Source of the DNA: Holosporales bacterium
Lineage (GTDB): Bacteria > Pseudomonadota > Alphaproteobacteria > JAJTHO01
DNA length: 64,000 bases
Assembly: GCA_046318675.1 (NCBI GenBank)
Contig: JBKCUA010000006.1
Span: 30,060-94,059 of the forward strand
Direction of reading: 5' to 3'
Of this stretch, positions 21,761 through 30,999 are shown piece after piece; position 1 is the stretch's first letter, and each line of letters opens with the position of its first letter. The translations under genes were made by a program, and so were the position numbers. Under the pieces are notes generated by a model. That model was given only the letters and a program-made list of their open reading frames with translations, was not told the origin of the DNA and made no database searches.

Positions 21761-22976
21761 GGCACTTATGATCCATAAAATCACCATTGAAAACTTCTCA
21801 TCCATCGCAGAAAGACAAGAAATTGATTTTACCGTCAATAAGAATGTCCCTGCGCTTCCCTGTTTCCAGCCCTCAAGGGCCAACCCCGCTATCCGCCTGC
21901 CCACCACGGTGGGTTTTTATGGGGCCAACGCCAGCGGCAAAACCACCATCCTCCGGGCAGTATGGCAAGCCGCCCAATTTGTCTGCCATAGCGTGAAGCT
22001 CGCACCCACCGATAATATCCCCTTCTTCCAACCCCACATGGGGGAATTATGGGCACGCAAACCAGCGATTATTATAGTGGATTTTGATGGCCAGTTAGCT
22101 CCCATTTCGCAGCAAATAGAGCCGCAATACCTTTTCCGCTATGAACTGCACGTTGCACCCGCCGACGCCTCGCAAAAAACCGGCAATAGCGTTGCTTATG
22201 AAGCCCTCTTCTACCGCCCGAAAACGAAGCTTCAGATACTATTTGAGCGCAAAGGCCAAGAGTTTCGGTTCGGCAAGGATTTTGATGTCCCCGCGAATGA
22301 TTCCCGTCTCCCATTCGTGAGCAGCAACCGCAGCACCCTAAGCGTCTTTGCTCATTTTAATCACCCCCTGTCCATGAACCTGTGCGCTCTTATTGGCTCT
22401 CTTATGACCAATCTGGACGGCTTTGATAAAAGCAGCGTTCCCACGCAAAATCTTTTAACTCATTATAAAAATTATCCCGCCGACCATCAACGCCTCAACG
22501 ACGTTTTGAGCCGTATTGATGTTGGTCTGCACGAGATGACTATCCATGAAGGGCCAAGTGGACTATATGCTAAATTTTCTCATGACGGCCTCACTGCGCC
22601 AATTTTTTGGCACGAAGAATCCGCCGGCACTAGAAAGTTTATTGAAATATTTGCCAAACTGCACTGGGCACTCGATACGGGCGGGGTAGTCCTTATTGAT
22701 GAAATTGATAACGACCTGCATCCGGCATTGTTGTCAGAAATTCTTGGTTGGTTTTACGATCCCAAACGCAACCCGCGCAGAGCACAATTATTGTTTACCG
22801 CCCACAACCCGGCCTTACTGAACGATCTGGAAAAAGAGCAGGTTTTTTTCACCACAAAAGCCAACGGCAAAACAACCGTGTATGCCGCAAGTGCCATCCA
22901 AGGACTGCGCCGCGAACCACAGCTCATGAAAAAATACCTTAACGGCACCTTGGGCGCCGTGCCGTTGATGGGATAA
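21759..22976 (+). CDS. AAA_21-type (ABC/SMC-like) ATPase, AbiLi-like
   Basis: IHKITIENFSSI N-terminus. Walker A GANASGKTT. ESAGTRKF signature-like segment. Walker B VVLIDEIDNDLHP. FTAHNP H-loop. Confidence 0.8.
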   Translation: MALMIHKITIENFSSIAERQEIDFTVNKNVPALPCFQPSRANPAIRLPTTVGFYGANASGKTTILRAVWQAAQFVCHSVKLAPTDNIPFFQPHMGELWARKPAIIIVDFDGQLAPISQQIEPQYLFRYELHVAPADASQKTGNSVAYEALFYRPKTKLQILFERKGQEFRFGKDFDVPANDSRLPFVSSNRSTLSVFAHFNHPLSMNLCALIGSLMTNLDGFDKSSVPTQNLLTHYKNYPADHQRLNDVLSRIDVGLHEMTIHEGPSGLYAKFSHDGLTAPIFWHEESAGTRKFIEIFAKLHWALDTGGVVLIDEIDNDLHPALLSEILGWFYDPKRNPRRAQLLFTAHNPALLNDLEKEQVFFTTKANGKTTVYAASAIQGLRREPQLMKKYLNGTLGAVPLMG

Positions 22977-22978
22977 CA

Positions 22979-23467
22979 ATGACAAAGCTCCATATTCAGC
23001 AATACAGACGTTTCTTTTTGGCCGTCGAAGGCCAAGATGAGGTATCCCTGTTTAAATGGTTGCAAAAAGCAGCAGAAAAACAGAAAAAGTTCCTTCATCT
23101 GGATTGCCACAATCTCAGAGGCGGCGGCTACCAGAGCATGGTGGATACTGCCATCCAGCTACACAAAAAGAAGAAACAACAATACGGTCGCTATGTTGGC
23201 GCGTTTCTCATTGTTGATGCCGATCGACTGACCAAAGTGAAAAACGAAATGACAGAACAAGCCTTGCGCAAGCAGGCTAAAGAGGCTGGTCTTACCTTGT
23301 GCCTGCAAGACCCGAACCTTGAAGGGGTGTTGCGTCCTCTGAAGAAAAAAATTCAAACTCCTATTACCGCCGCTGACAAATTAGATCTTACTTGGGAGGA
23401 TGTACGTCGCTTGGCAGAACGTGATGCAGAGTACCGCAAGCTTTTAAAAGCCTTGACGCTGCTTTAG
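22979..23467 (+). CDS. RloB-like / TOPRIM-like small partner protein
   Basis: FFLAVEGQDEVSLF (TOPRIM Glu), FLIVDADRL (DxD), LTLCLQDPNLEGVL. Starts 2 nt after the ATPase gene. Confidence 0.55.
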   Translation: MTKLHIQQYRRFFLAVEGQDEVSLFKWLQKAAEKQKKFLHLDCHNLRGGGYQSMVDTAIQLHKKKKQQYGRYVGAFLIVDADRLTKVKNEMTEQALRKQAKEAGLTLCLQDPNLEGVLRPLKKKIQTPITAADKLDLTWEDVRRLAERDAEYRKLLKALTLL

Positions 23468-23538
23468 TGCATTGCCCCCACGCAAGGGCTTTGCTTACAG
23501 AATAAACTATGCTAACGCCCTCTCACCAAGAGGCCATC

Positions 23539-24324
23539 ATGTCCGATACCCACACGCAAAAACACCCCTATCACCTTGTTGATCCAAGCCCTTGGCCGTT
23601 GTTGTCATCATTTGCCGCTGGCTTGTTAGCCGTGGGTGCCGTGTTATATATGCATGGGCATGGGGCGTGGGTGCTCAAAGCTGGCACCCTGTCCGTGGTT
23701 GCCTGCATGGCGTTCTGGTGGCGCAGCGTCCTGCGCGAGGCCAACGTCGGCAAGCACCATACCCCCGTGGTGCAAATCGGTCTGCGTTACGGCATGGTGC
23801 TGTTCATAGCCTCGGAAGTAATGTTTTTCGTGGCTTTTTTCTGGGCATATTTTGATAACGCAATTTTTCCCAAGGGCGGCATTTGGCCACCCAAAGGTAT
23901 TATTCCTTTTGATCCCTTTGACCTACCTTTCCTTAATACCATGATTTTGCTCCTTTCTGGTACCACCGTGACCTGGGCGCACCATGCCCTGCTTCACGGC
24001 GATCGTAAGGGCACGATCAACGGCCTGGCCGCCACCGTCGGGCTTGGGGTATTATTTTTGTTCTGCCAAGCCTTTGAATACAGCCATGCTGCTTTTGGCC
24101 TCAAAGACGGCATTTACGCCAGCACGTTTTACCTTGCCACCGGCTTTCACGGCTTTCACGTGTTTGTAGGCACGGTGTTTTTGGCTGTATGCTGGTATCG
24201 CGCTGCCAAGGGAGAATTTACACCCACTCAACACGTTGGCTTTGAATCTGCTGCGTGGTACTGGCACTTTGTGGACGTAGTGTGGTTGTTCCTGTTCCTT
24301 GGCGTTTATGTGTTTGGCTCGTGA
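23539..24324 (+). CDS. ctaE: cytochrome c oxidase subunit III
   Basis: Start trimmed to MSDTHTQKHPYHLVDPSPWP. Seven TM helices and GFHGFHV motif. Confidence 0.93.
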   Translation: MSDTHTQKHPYHLVDPSPWPLLSSFAAGLLAVGAVLYMHGHGAWVLKAGTLSVVACMAFWWRSVLREANVGKHHTPVVQIGLRYGMVLFIASEVMFFVAFFWAYFDNAIFPKGGIWPPKGIIPFDPFDLPFLNTMILLLSGTTVTWAHHALLHGDRKGTINGLAATVGLGVLFLFCQAFEYSHAAFGLKDGIYASTFYLATGFHGFHVFVGTVFLAVCWYRAAKGEFTPTQHVGFESAAWYWHFVDVVWLFLFLGVYVFGS

Positions 24325-24989
24325 AGCGTTTTTTAGGGATTGTCCTGATTAGCAGCGTTTTTTTGACGCTGTGCGGTCTTAGTGCGTGGCAATTTCAGCG
24401 GCGGGAATGGAAAAGCCAACTGCTGGAGACCCTTGCGATAAACAGCACGAAGCCCACGTTATCTTTGGGCGATCTCTTGTCTCTTCCCAAGGAACAGCAA
24501 TGGTACCGCCCGGTGACGCTGGAAGGTCATCTGCTGTGGGACAAGAGCCTGCGCGTTGGTCTGCGCCAACAAGACGGACAGGCGGGGTATTGGATTGTGA
24601 CCCCGATGCAGCTCACCGAAGGATATGCGTTGATCGCCACCGGCTTTCTGCCCATGTCCGCAAGCGGTTCTTGGGTGCCGCCCGCAATAGGGGCAGAAAC
24701 ACTCACCGCTAAAGCTCTACCCCTTGCGTCCCCAACCTGGTTCACCCCAAAAAACAAGCCTGAACACGGCATTTGGCATACCCTGAGCAGCAGTGAAATG
24801 GCGAGATTCTTACAGCTAAAACCCGTGCTGCCTTTGGTTTTTGTTGCGGGCACTAAAACAGCAGCAGGCTTGTCGGCGGTGGAGGCAACACCCGCCCTGC
24901 GCAACGATCATCTACAGTACGCCCTTACATGGGCGTCATTGGCATTCGCATTGATTATATTTATATTTTTTTACAATCGACGGTCTTGA
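24321..24989 (+). CDS. SURF1 family cytochrome oxidase biogenesis protein
   Basis: GTG start overlapping the ctaE stop (GTGA). AWQFQRREWK motif, terminal TM helices, NDHLQYALTW. Confidence 0.8.
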   Translation: MKRFLGIVLISSVFLTLCGLSAWQFQRREWKSQLLETLAINSTKPTLSLGDLLSLPKEQQWYRPVTLEGHLLWDKSLRVGLRQQDGQAGYWIVTPMQLTEGYALIATGFLPMSASGSWVPPAIGAETLTAKALPLASPTWFTPKNKPEHGIWHTLSSSEMARFLQLKPVLPLVFVAGTKTAAGLSAVEATPALRNDHLQYALTWASLAFALIIFIFFYNRRS

Positions 24990-25059
24990 CGCCCCTAGAT
25001 TTTCGTTTATTTTACAAGGCAGGGGATAAACTTTTTTCGTATTCAAGGATACCTGATAT

Positions 25060-25701
25060 ATGCGTCTTTCTCGTTTTTTCGTTGCCGCCCTTTGCATTGG
25101 TGCGCTCGCTGGCTGTGCCAAGGATTTGAGCGGCAACCGCTATAGTGCCAAAACCGCCGCTGTCCCCACCACTACCTACCAGGCTGTGGTGCTCAGTGCC
25201 CGGGATATTACCATCACCAGCGGCGATCAACTGGACGATAACGGCTGGGGCATGGTGCTCGGCGGCGTGGGCGGCGGCCTTGCTGGCAATCTTGTCGGTC
25301 AAGGCAAAGGCAACACTATTGCCACCGTTGGCGGCGTCGTTGCCGGGGCGGCTTTGGGTGCCCTGGCGCAACAATCCCTTGGCGAACAGCCGGGCGTTGA
25401 ATATGTCGTCAAATACTGGGAAGTTGAAACCGGCACCGTTACCAATTATGACTATGCTAAAGACTCCTGCAAGCACGGCAAAACAGAATGCCTGACCCAG
25501 CGCAGCAGCGTCGCCGCACAGGAAAAAATCGTCACCCTCGTACAAGGGGTTGATCCTCGCCTTGCCCCTGGCCAGAAGGCGTTCCTGATGGTTTCCAGCC
25601 AAGGCCGCTCCCGCCTTGTTCCCGATGCCAGTGCCGCCCAGCAGATTAACCAAGACGCCATTGACACCGCCACGTCGGCAAGGCGGAAAAAGCGTAGCTA
25701 A
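25060..25701 (+). CDS. glycine-zipper (SlyB/Pcp-like) outer membrane lipoprotein
   Basis: Lipobox ALAGC. GMVLGGVGGGLAGNLVGQG...VGGVVAGAALGAL glycine zipper. Confidence 0.7.
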   Translation: MRLSRFFVAALCIGALAGCAKDLSGNRYSAKTAAVPTTTYQAVVLSARDITITSGDQLDDNGWGMVLGGVGGGLAGNLVGQGKGNTIATVGGVVAGAALGALAQQSLGEQPGVEYVVKYWEVETGTVTNYDYAKDSCKHGKTECLTQRSSVAAQEKIVTLVQGVDPRLAPGQKAFLMVSSQGRSRLVPDASAAQQINQDAIDTATSARRKKRS

Positions 25702-25732
25702 TACATCTGTTTTTACAAAGAAAAATACACGC

Positions 25733-25767
25733 GCCACGGGCATTATAGTGATGCCCGTGGTTTTTTG
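25733..25767 (+). terminator. rho-independent terminator
   Basis: ccacgggca-ttatagtga-tgcccgtgg followed by tttttt. Confidence 0.7.
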
Positions 25768-25802
25768 TTGAAAATTTCGATAAAATACATATAATATGCT
25801 TT

Positions 25803-26663
25803 ATGTCCCAGAATACAGCAACATCATCGTCCTTTCGACCTTCGTGGCTCAACACAGCGCGAGAGTATCTTGGCACCACAGAAGATCGGCGACCCGGCAA
25901 AGATAATAAAGATATTATCAAGTTTTTAAAAAGCACTGATCTACCGGAAAATCTCACCAACACTGATGAGACTGCTTGGTGTGCAGCTTTTATAGCCTTT
26001 TGTCTCAAAAACGCAGGAATATCCCCCCCCCCCCAATCTGCCACCGTTAAGGCATACGAAAATTTTGGCAACAAAATTCCAATTGAAAAAACCCAACCTG
26101 GTGATATAGTTTTATTCGCACGCGTGCAGGGGTTCCCTTGGCTGCCTCTTGGTGCTAGTCATGTTGGGTTCGTATCTAGTGCGCCAAAAAATGGCAAAAT
26201 TACCATAATTGCGGGAAATAACGGCAAACTAGGATCTGTAGAAGAAGTTACACTTCCCCTATCCTACTTCGTCGGAGCTCGACGACCTAAAACAACAACA
26301 CAACCACAACTTCTCTCCGACGCTGCCCCTCCCCTCACACTTGCGGCCACCGCAACAACTGGTTCCGCTAGCCCCACTCCAAAGAAAAATAGTAATAATA
26401 AGAGTCATGGAAGCCAGATACCAGCATCAGTCCTAGACAATCTTACTGGGGTTGCTGCATCTACCCCTGTCAGCTCTCCCACCTCCCCACCACCATCGTC
26501 TTCATCATCAACTACAGCATCATTGACCACTCGCAATGTCTTACAGCTTGCCTCTGCCTTAAGTTCCTTTCAACCAGATAGATTATCAGATAGATCGTCA
26601 TCGTTGTCATCTCCACAGCCTTCGGAAAACAATTCCTCTGTGTTTAACCTAGCTAGCAGTTAG
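25803..26663 (+). CDS. TIGR02594-like CHAP/NlpC-P60-type peptidoglycan hydrolase with an S/T/P-rich C-terminal tail
   Basis: DETAWCAAFIAFCLKNAG (Cys nucleophile context), PGDIVLF, SHVGFV, IIAGNNG. The last ~120 aa are low-complexity Ser/Thr/Pro. Confidence 0.65.
   Translation: MSQNTATSSSFRPSWLNTAREYLGTTEDRRPGKDNKDIIKFLKSTDLPENLTNTDETAWCAAFIAFCLKNAGISPPPQSATVKAYENFGNKIPIEKTQPGDIVLFARVQGFPWLPLGASHVGFVSSAPKNGKITIIAGNNGKLGSVEEVTLPLSYFVGARRPKTTTQPQLLSDAAPPLTLAATATTGSASPTPKKNSNNKSHGSQIPASVLDNLTGVAASTPVSSPTSPPPSSSSSTTASLTTRNVLQLASALSSFQPDRLSDRSSSLSSPQPSENNSSVFNLASS
26023..26034 (+). repeat. homopolymeric C12 tract inside the hydrolase CDS
   Basis: Direct count of 12 consecutive C, encoding S-P-P-P-Q. 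Confidence 0.95.
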
Positions 26664-26740
26664 CTGCGCCGCACCTATCGTGTGCGTTTTATCACCAGCC
26701 AATTGCACCCCTGCCCTAACCGTGCTATGGCACAACCACC

Positions 26741-28516
26741 ATGGCTGAGACTAAGATTATCCCGCGCAAGCGCTTTAGCCTGCAAACCCTGTCTTATGCG
26801 GTGACGGGGATTGTTGTGGCGTTCCTAGCCGGGCTTTCGTTTCTGGTGGCCAGCCATCTGGCACAGCTTCAACACATCGCCGAAGAATCCCGAACCGTCA
26901 CTATACCCCTTGCCCTCACCCAAAGCGAGACGGAGCAAATTCTTCGGCAAATCTCCTTGCTGGCCGAACTTATCGCCAACAACCCCAGTGCCCAGGACAG
27001 AACAAGGGCCAGCCGCGACGCCCTGCGCCTTCTGCGTACGCTTGCAGCCCGTTCTGACCTTGAAACAAAAACATCTCTCAAAGAAATCTTCCGCCTGACC
27101 CAACAGTTATCTGTATTGACGGAAAGGCTTTTCAAAAATAAAGAAAATTTAACACTGTACCTGCAAGAACTCGACATCAACCGTCCTGAAAAAAAATTCT
27201 TAAAGGAATCCTTGGATGCGTTGCAATTACACCTTTATCTCTCCACGATTCCAGCTATCGCCAGCTCTGCGCGGTTAACACAAGCCGAAAAAGCCTACAC
27301 CCAGTTACTCACGACCGCAGCCCCAGCCACCAAGGGCTTTTTTCAACAATATACACGCTTGTTCCGCCAGCAGGAGGCAATCCTCGCCCTTCATGCTCAA
27401 AGCGATCGCCTGACACTGGAAATTCACCAGAAACTCGCCCTAGCTGGCCTTGCATCATCCGGGAATGCTGCCCTAGTGGCCAGCAATGCCGCCGCCGCCA
27501 TTGCCGAACGCGCCCGCACCGCCCGCACCGCCGCTTTGGCTGGGTTTGGCATCCTTGCCGCCGCCTTTTTTTTCCTTGGCCTAGCCATCCGCAAGGAAGT
27601 GGTCAAACCGGCCTTAGAGGCGGGCAATGCCCTCTTTGCCCTCTCTCGAGGCAAAGACATTGGCAGCCTCGCCCGTTCCGACCTGCGGGAAATTGATGCC
27701 ATCAGCCAAGCCGTCCGCCGTATGGCCGCCGCCCTCGCCGAAACCGAAGCCGCCAACCAACGCCTTATCGCCATGGCGCAGATGAAAACCAATTTTACCA
27801 GCAGCGTCAGCCACGAATTACGCACCCCCCTCACCTCTATTAGGGGCTTTATCAAACTCATCCGCCGGGACGTGGAACGATTGTTCGCCGGACAGGACGA
27901 CAATGAAAAAGTCCGTCGTATCCTTGATAACCTTAATATTATCAGCGGCGAAAGCGTACGTTTAAGTATGCTTATTGATGATGTGCTCGACATCGCCAAA
28001 ATTGAATCCGGGCGCATGGCCTGGCGCGATACCCCCACGGATATTGCCGATGTCATCCGCCGCACCGAACAAGCGATTATGGGCGAATTTGCCCTGCGCC
28101 CTGAGGTGCACCTGAACATTGAGATCGCCTCCCCCCTGCCTCTTCTTGTCCTTGACGGGCACCGGTTGCAGCAAGTTCTTCTTAATCTTCTTAATAACAG
28201 CATTAAATTCACCCAAGCTGGGCAGGTCACCCTCTCCGCCCACCAAGACAACAATGCCATTATTGTGGAAGTAGCCGACACCGGCATCGGTATTCGTCCC
28301 GAAGATGTGGAGCGTATTTTCGAAAAATTTCAGCAGGGAAGTGCCCCTGTCATGACCGATAAACCCCGGGGCACAGGTCTTGGGCTAGCCATCTGCAAGC
28401 AAATTGTTGAGCATTACGGTGGCCATATCGAGGTAATATCCACCCCCGGAAATGGCAGTCGTTTCCGGGTCTTTCTTCCCTTATCCTTAAACTATCGAGA
28501 ACCCCATGATGCCTAA
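26741..28516 (+). CDS. sensor histidine kinase (two TM helices, helical periplasmic domain, HAMP, HisKA, HATPase_c)
   Basis: H-box FTSSVSHELRTPLTSIRGF, N-box LLNLLNNSIKFT, G-boxes DTGIGI and GTGLGLAICK. Confidence 0.9.
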   Translation: MAETKIIPRKRFSLQTLSYAVTGIVVAFLAGLSFLVASHLAQLQHIAEESRTVTIPLALTQSETEQILRQISLLAELIANNPSAQDRTRASRDALRLLRTLAARSDLETKTSLKEIFRLTQQLSVLTERLFKNKENLTLYLQELDINRPEKKFLKESLDALQLHLYLSTIPAIASSARLTQAEKAYTQLLTTAAPATKGFFQQYTRLFRQQEAILALHAQSDRLTLEIHQKLALAGLASSGNAALVASNAAAAIAERARTARTAALAGFGILAAAFFFLGLAIRKEVVKPALEAGNALFALSRGKDIGSLARSDLREIDAISQAVRRMAAALAETEAANQRLIAMAQMKTNFTSSVSHELRTPLTSIRGFIKLIRRDVERLFAGQDDNEKVRRILDNLNIISGESVRLSMLIDDVLDIAKIESGRMAWRDTPTDIADVIRRTEQAIMGEFALRPEVHLNIEIASPLPLLVLDGHRLQQVLLNLLNNSIKFTQAGQVTLSAHQDNNAIIVEVADTGIGIRPEDVERIFEKFQQGSAPVMTDKPRGTGLGLAICKQIVEHYGGHIEVISTPGNGSRFRVFLPLSLNYREPHDA

Positions 28517-28904
28517 ACGCCCTACCTCCATCCTGGTTGTGGATGATGAACCCCATATTCGCACCCTGCTGCAGCAAACACTGGAAGACCTCGGCAGCGA
28601 GGTCGAGATTACCTTAGCCAAAGACGGGCGAGAAGGGCTTCATCAGGCACTCTTGCTGCAACCAATATTGATTTTTCTTGATATTATGATGCCTCATCTC
28701 AACGGGTTCGAAGTTTGTCAACGCCTTCGCCAGTCACCAGAGATGAAGGACACCGTTATTGTCCTCCTCACCGCACGAGGACAAGAAGTTGACCGCCAAG
28801 CGGGGCTTGAGGCCGGGGCAAACCACTATATCACCAAACCTTTTGATCCCGATGCTGTCTTGGCTCTGGCACGCCAAGTATTGGAGGCCAAGCATCATGC
28901 CTGA
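28506..28904 (+). CDS. single-domain response regulator (CheY-like receiver)
   Basis: ILVVDDEP, FLDIMMP (phospho-acceptor Asp), LLTARG, KPF. Overlaps the kinase gene by 11 nt. Confidence 0.9.
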   Translation: MMPKRPTSILVVDDEPHIRTLLQQTLEDLGSEVEITLAKDGREGLHQALLLQPILIFLDIMMPHLNGFEVCQRLRQSPEMKDTVIVLLTARGQEVDRQAGLEAGANHYITKPFDPDAVLALARQVLEAKHHA

Positions 28905-30120
28905 TATTACGCAACGCGCTTTAGCAGTAGTGCAACGCTTATTACACAGCCTGAGCCGCGATAAACTCCTCCCCGCCGAGGCTGCCATCGTTTTACAGGC
29001 CGGGGTCTTGCGCCTTGATGGCGTTAAAGACTCCTTAGCCGCAATTCTAACCCCCTTGCTCAATGCTTTGTTTGAGACAAAAATCACCGAACGCGCCCTC
29101 GCCACGGAAACCCTGTCCTTATACCGAGAAAGTGCCGTCGTGCTCAAAACTGCACTTGCCTGCGCTGGAAGCACCGACCCGCACACCATTGCCCAAAGCC
29201 TTATCGCTGGCCTCCCTAAAGCCAGCAGTACCGGGGTTATCAGCCGCACGGGCAAAACCCTTGCAGCGCAAGGCACCCTGCCCCCGCTTGAGGCATTAAC
29301 CCCGTTTCTTGCCCCCGCCGCACACCTGCATAATGCCGTACCAACCTTGGACGGGCACGATCTCCTTGTCTGTCCTCTTGGTACTAGGGACGAATGGTAT
29401 GCTGTAGCCTTAACCGCCACGGATCATGGTTTTGACAGCAGCGATTTATCCCTTGCCACGACACTGTCTAGTATTGCCGCCGCCGCCCTAGCAAACGCCT
29501 ACCAGATAGCAGCGCAGCAAACCCTTGCCCGCTATTTGCCGCCCATGGTGGTACACAAACTCCTCAGTGAGGATACAAGCCGCCTAGGGGGCGTGGAGCT
29601 AACAGCCACCATTCTTGTCCTCGACATCCGCGGTTTTACTGCCATGACCAGCCGCCTTGGCGCGGCGGAAACCGTAAGCTTGCTAAACCGCTTTTTTGCC
29701 TGCATCGCGCCGCTCATACGAGAAAAAGGCATTATTGATAAATATCTCGGCGATGGCCTACTGGCTGTATGGGGGGTGCCGTATCCCGATCCCGACAGTG
29801 CCCTCCACGCCGTTACGGCGGCTAGGCGTATTTTGGCTGCTGCTGCCGAGTTCCTTCCAGCTCTCACCATCGGCATTGGTATCACCCACGGTTCGGTCAT
29901 TGCCGGCAACATCGGCATTGAATCACGGATGGATTACACCGTCATCGGCAGCCCTGTAAATGAGGCGGCAAAATTGGAAAAACGCACCAAGGATTTTAAC
30001 ATACCGCTACTGCTAACGACCCAAGCTTATAAAGCATTACCAGCACAAGAGCAGCATAATTTTCAACAAGTTCAAGTTAATGAAGGAATTTGGGGTCTTA
30101 AAAAGACTGTAAAAACCTGA
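28897..30120 (+). CDS. class III adenylate/guanylate cyclase with an uncharacterised N-terminal domain
   Basis: Start trimmed to MPDITQRAL, overlapping the receiver gene by 8 nt. ILVLDIRGFT, DKYLGDGLLAVWG, MDYTVIGSPVNEAAKLE. Confidence 0.85.
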   Translation: MPDITQRALAVVQRLLHSLSRDKLLPAEAAIVLQAGVLRLDGVKDSLAAILTPLLNALFETKITERALATETLSLYRESAVVLKTALACAGSTDPHTIAQSLIAGLPKASSTGVISRTGKTLAAQGTLPPLEALTPFLAPAAHLHNAVPTLDGHDLLVCPLGTRDEWYAVALTATDHGFDSSDLSLATTLSSIAAAALANAYQIAAQQTLARYLPPMVVHKLLSEDTSRLGGVELTATILVLDIRGFTAMTSRLGAAETVSLLNRFFACIAPLIREKGIIDKYLGDGLLAVWGVPYPDPDSALHAVTAARRILAAAAEFLPALTIGIGITHGSVIAGNIGIESRMDYTVIGSPVNEAAKLEKRTKDFNIPLLLTTQAYKALPAQEQHNFQQVQVNEGIWGLKKTVKT

Positions 30121-30931
30121 GCACGGCCTCCGCGCCCTCGCTTTTATTCAGGGTGTAAAAATGAATTTCTTCAAAGCCTTCCTCTAGGAGGATTTGGCAT
30201 TGCCGCATCGCAAACAAGGTGCCCATATGCGCCGCCGTGGCGGCATCGGCACCCTCAAAAAGCCGCGCCACCGCCGCAGGAATTGTTGTCCCACACAGCC
30301 CGGCAAACCGCACCGTCTGAGTAAAATTCGTTATCAGCAATACCCCGGGCACCACCGGTTTGGTAATTCCAGCCCCGACACAAGCCTCCCGAAAACGCAG
30401 GTAGGCATCTGTATCCATACAAAATTGTGTAATAGCTCGATGCGCCCCGGCATCAAGCTTGCGCCGCAGGTTTTCCAGATCAAAGGCCTGGCTTGGTGCT
30501 TGGGGGTGCCCTTCGGGGTAGGCGGCCACGCTAATATCAAAAGGATGCAAATCAACAAGCCCCGCCACCAAATCGGCAGCATAAGCATAACCGCCCTGAT
30601 GAGGGATGTATTCCCCCGCGTGCCCTGGCATATCCCCGCGCAAGGCCACCAGACGATGAATGCCGGCCTGCCAATACTGTTGCGCCAACACGTTGATACT
30701 TAACTTATCCGCACCAACACAGGTCAAGTGCGCCGCCACAGGAATATGGGTATCGTGCTGAATCTTTGTCACTGTTTCTAATGTCGCATTTTGGGTGCTT
30801 CCCCCGGCACCGTATGTCACCGAGAAAAACGTAGGCTTTAACGCCGCCAGCCGTGCCGCCGCCGTGTACAACCGCCCCTGCAACTCAGGCGTTTTGGCAG
30901 GAAAAAATTCAAAGGAAAACTTCAAACGCAC
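30098..30931 (-). CDS. metF: methylenetetrahydrofolate reductase
   Basis: FSFEFFPAKT...FFSVTYGAGGST is the typical MetF N-terminus. 277 aa. Confidence 0.9.
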   Translation of the reverse strand: MRLKFSFEFFPAKTPELQGRLYTAAARLAALKPTFFSVTYGAGGSTQNATLETVTKIQHDTHIPVAAHLTCVGADKLSINVLAQQYWQAGIHRLVALRGDMPGHAGEYIPHQGGYAYAADLVAGLVDLHPFDISVAAYPEGHPQAPSQAFDLENLRRKLDAGAHRAITQFCMDTDAYLRFREACVGAGITKPVVPGVLLITNFTQTVRFAGLCGTTIPAAVARLFEGADAATAAHMGTLFAMRQCQILLEEGFEEIHFYTLNKSEGAEAVLRFLQSF

Positions 30932-30999
30932 TACACATTCGCCTTATTGTCTTTGTGGGGCTTAAAAGCTTTTGCGAAGCCACGCAAATAAAAAATAGC

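Noticed and set aside
25012-25743. 243-aa minus-strand ORF
   Set aside because: It lies entirely antisense to the glycine-zipper lipoprotein gene. Its Gly/Ala-rich composition mirrors the sense strand, and there are no family motifs. It is a shadow ORF.
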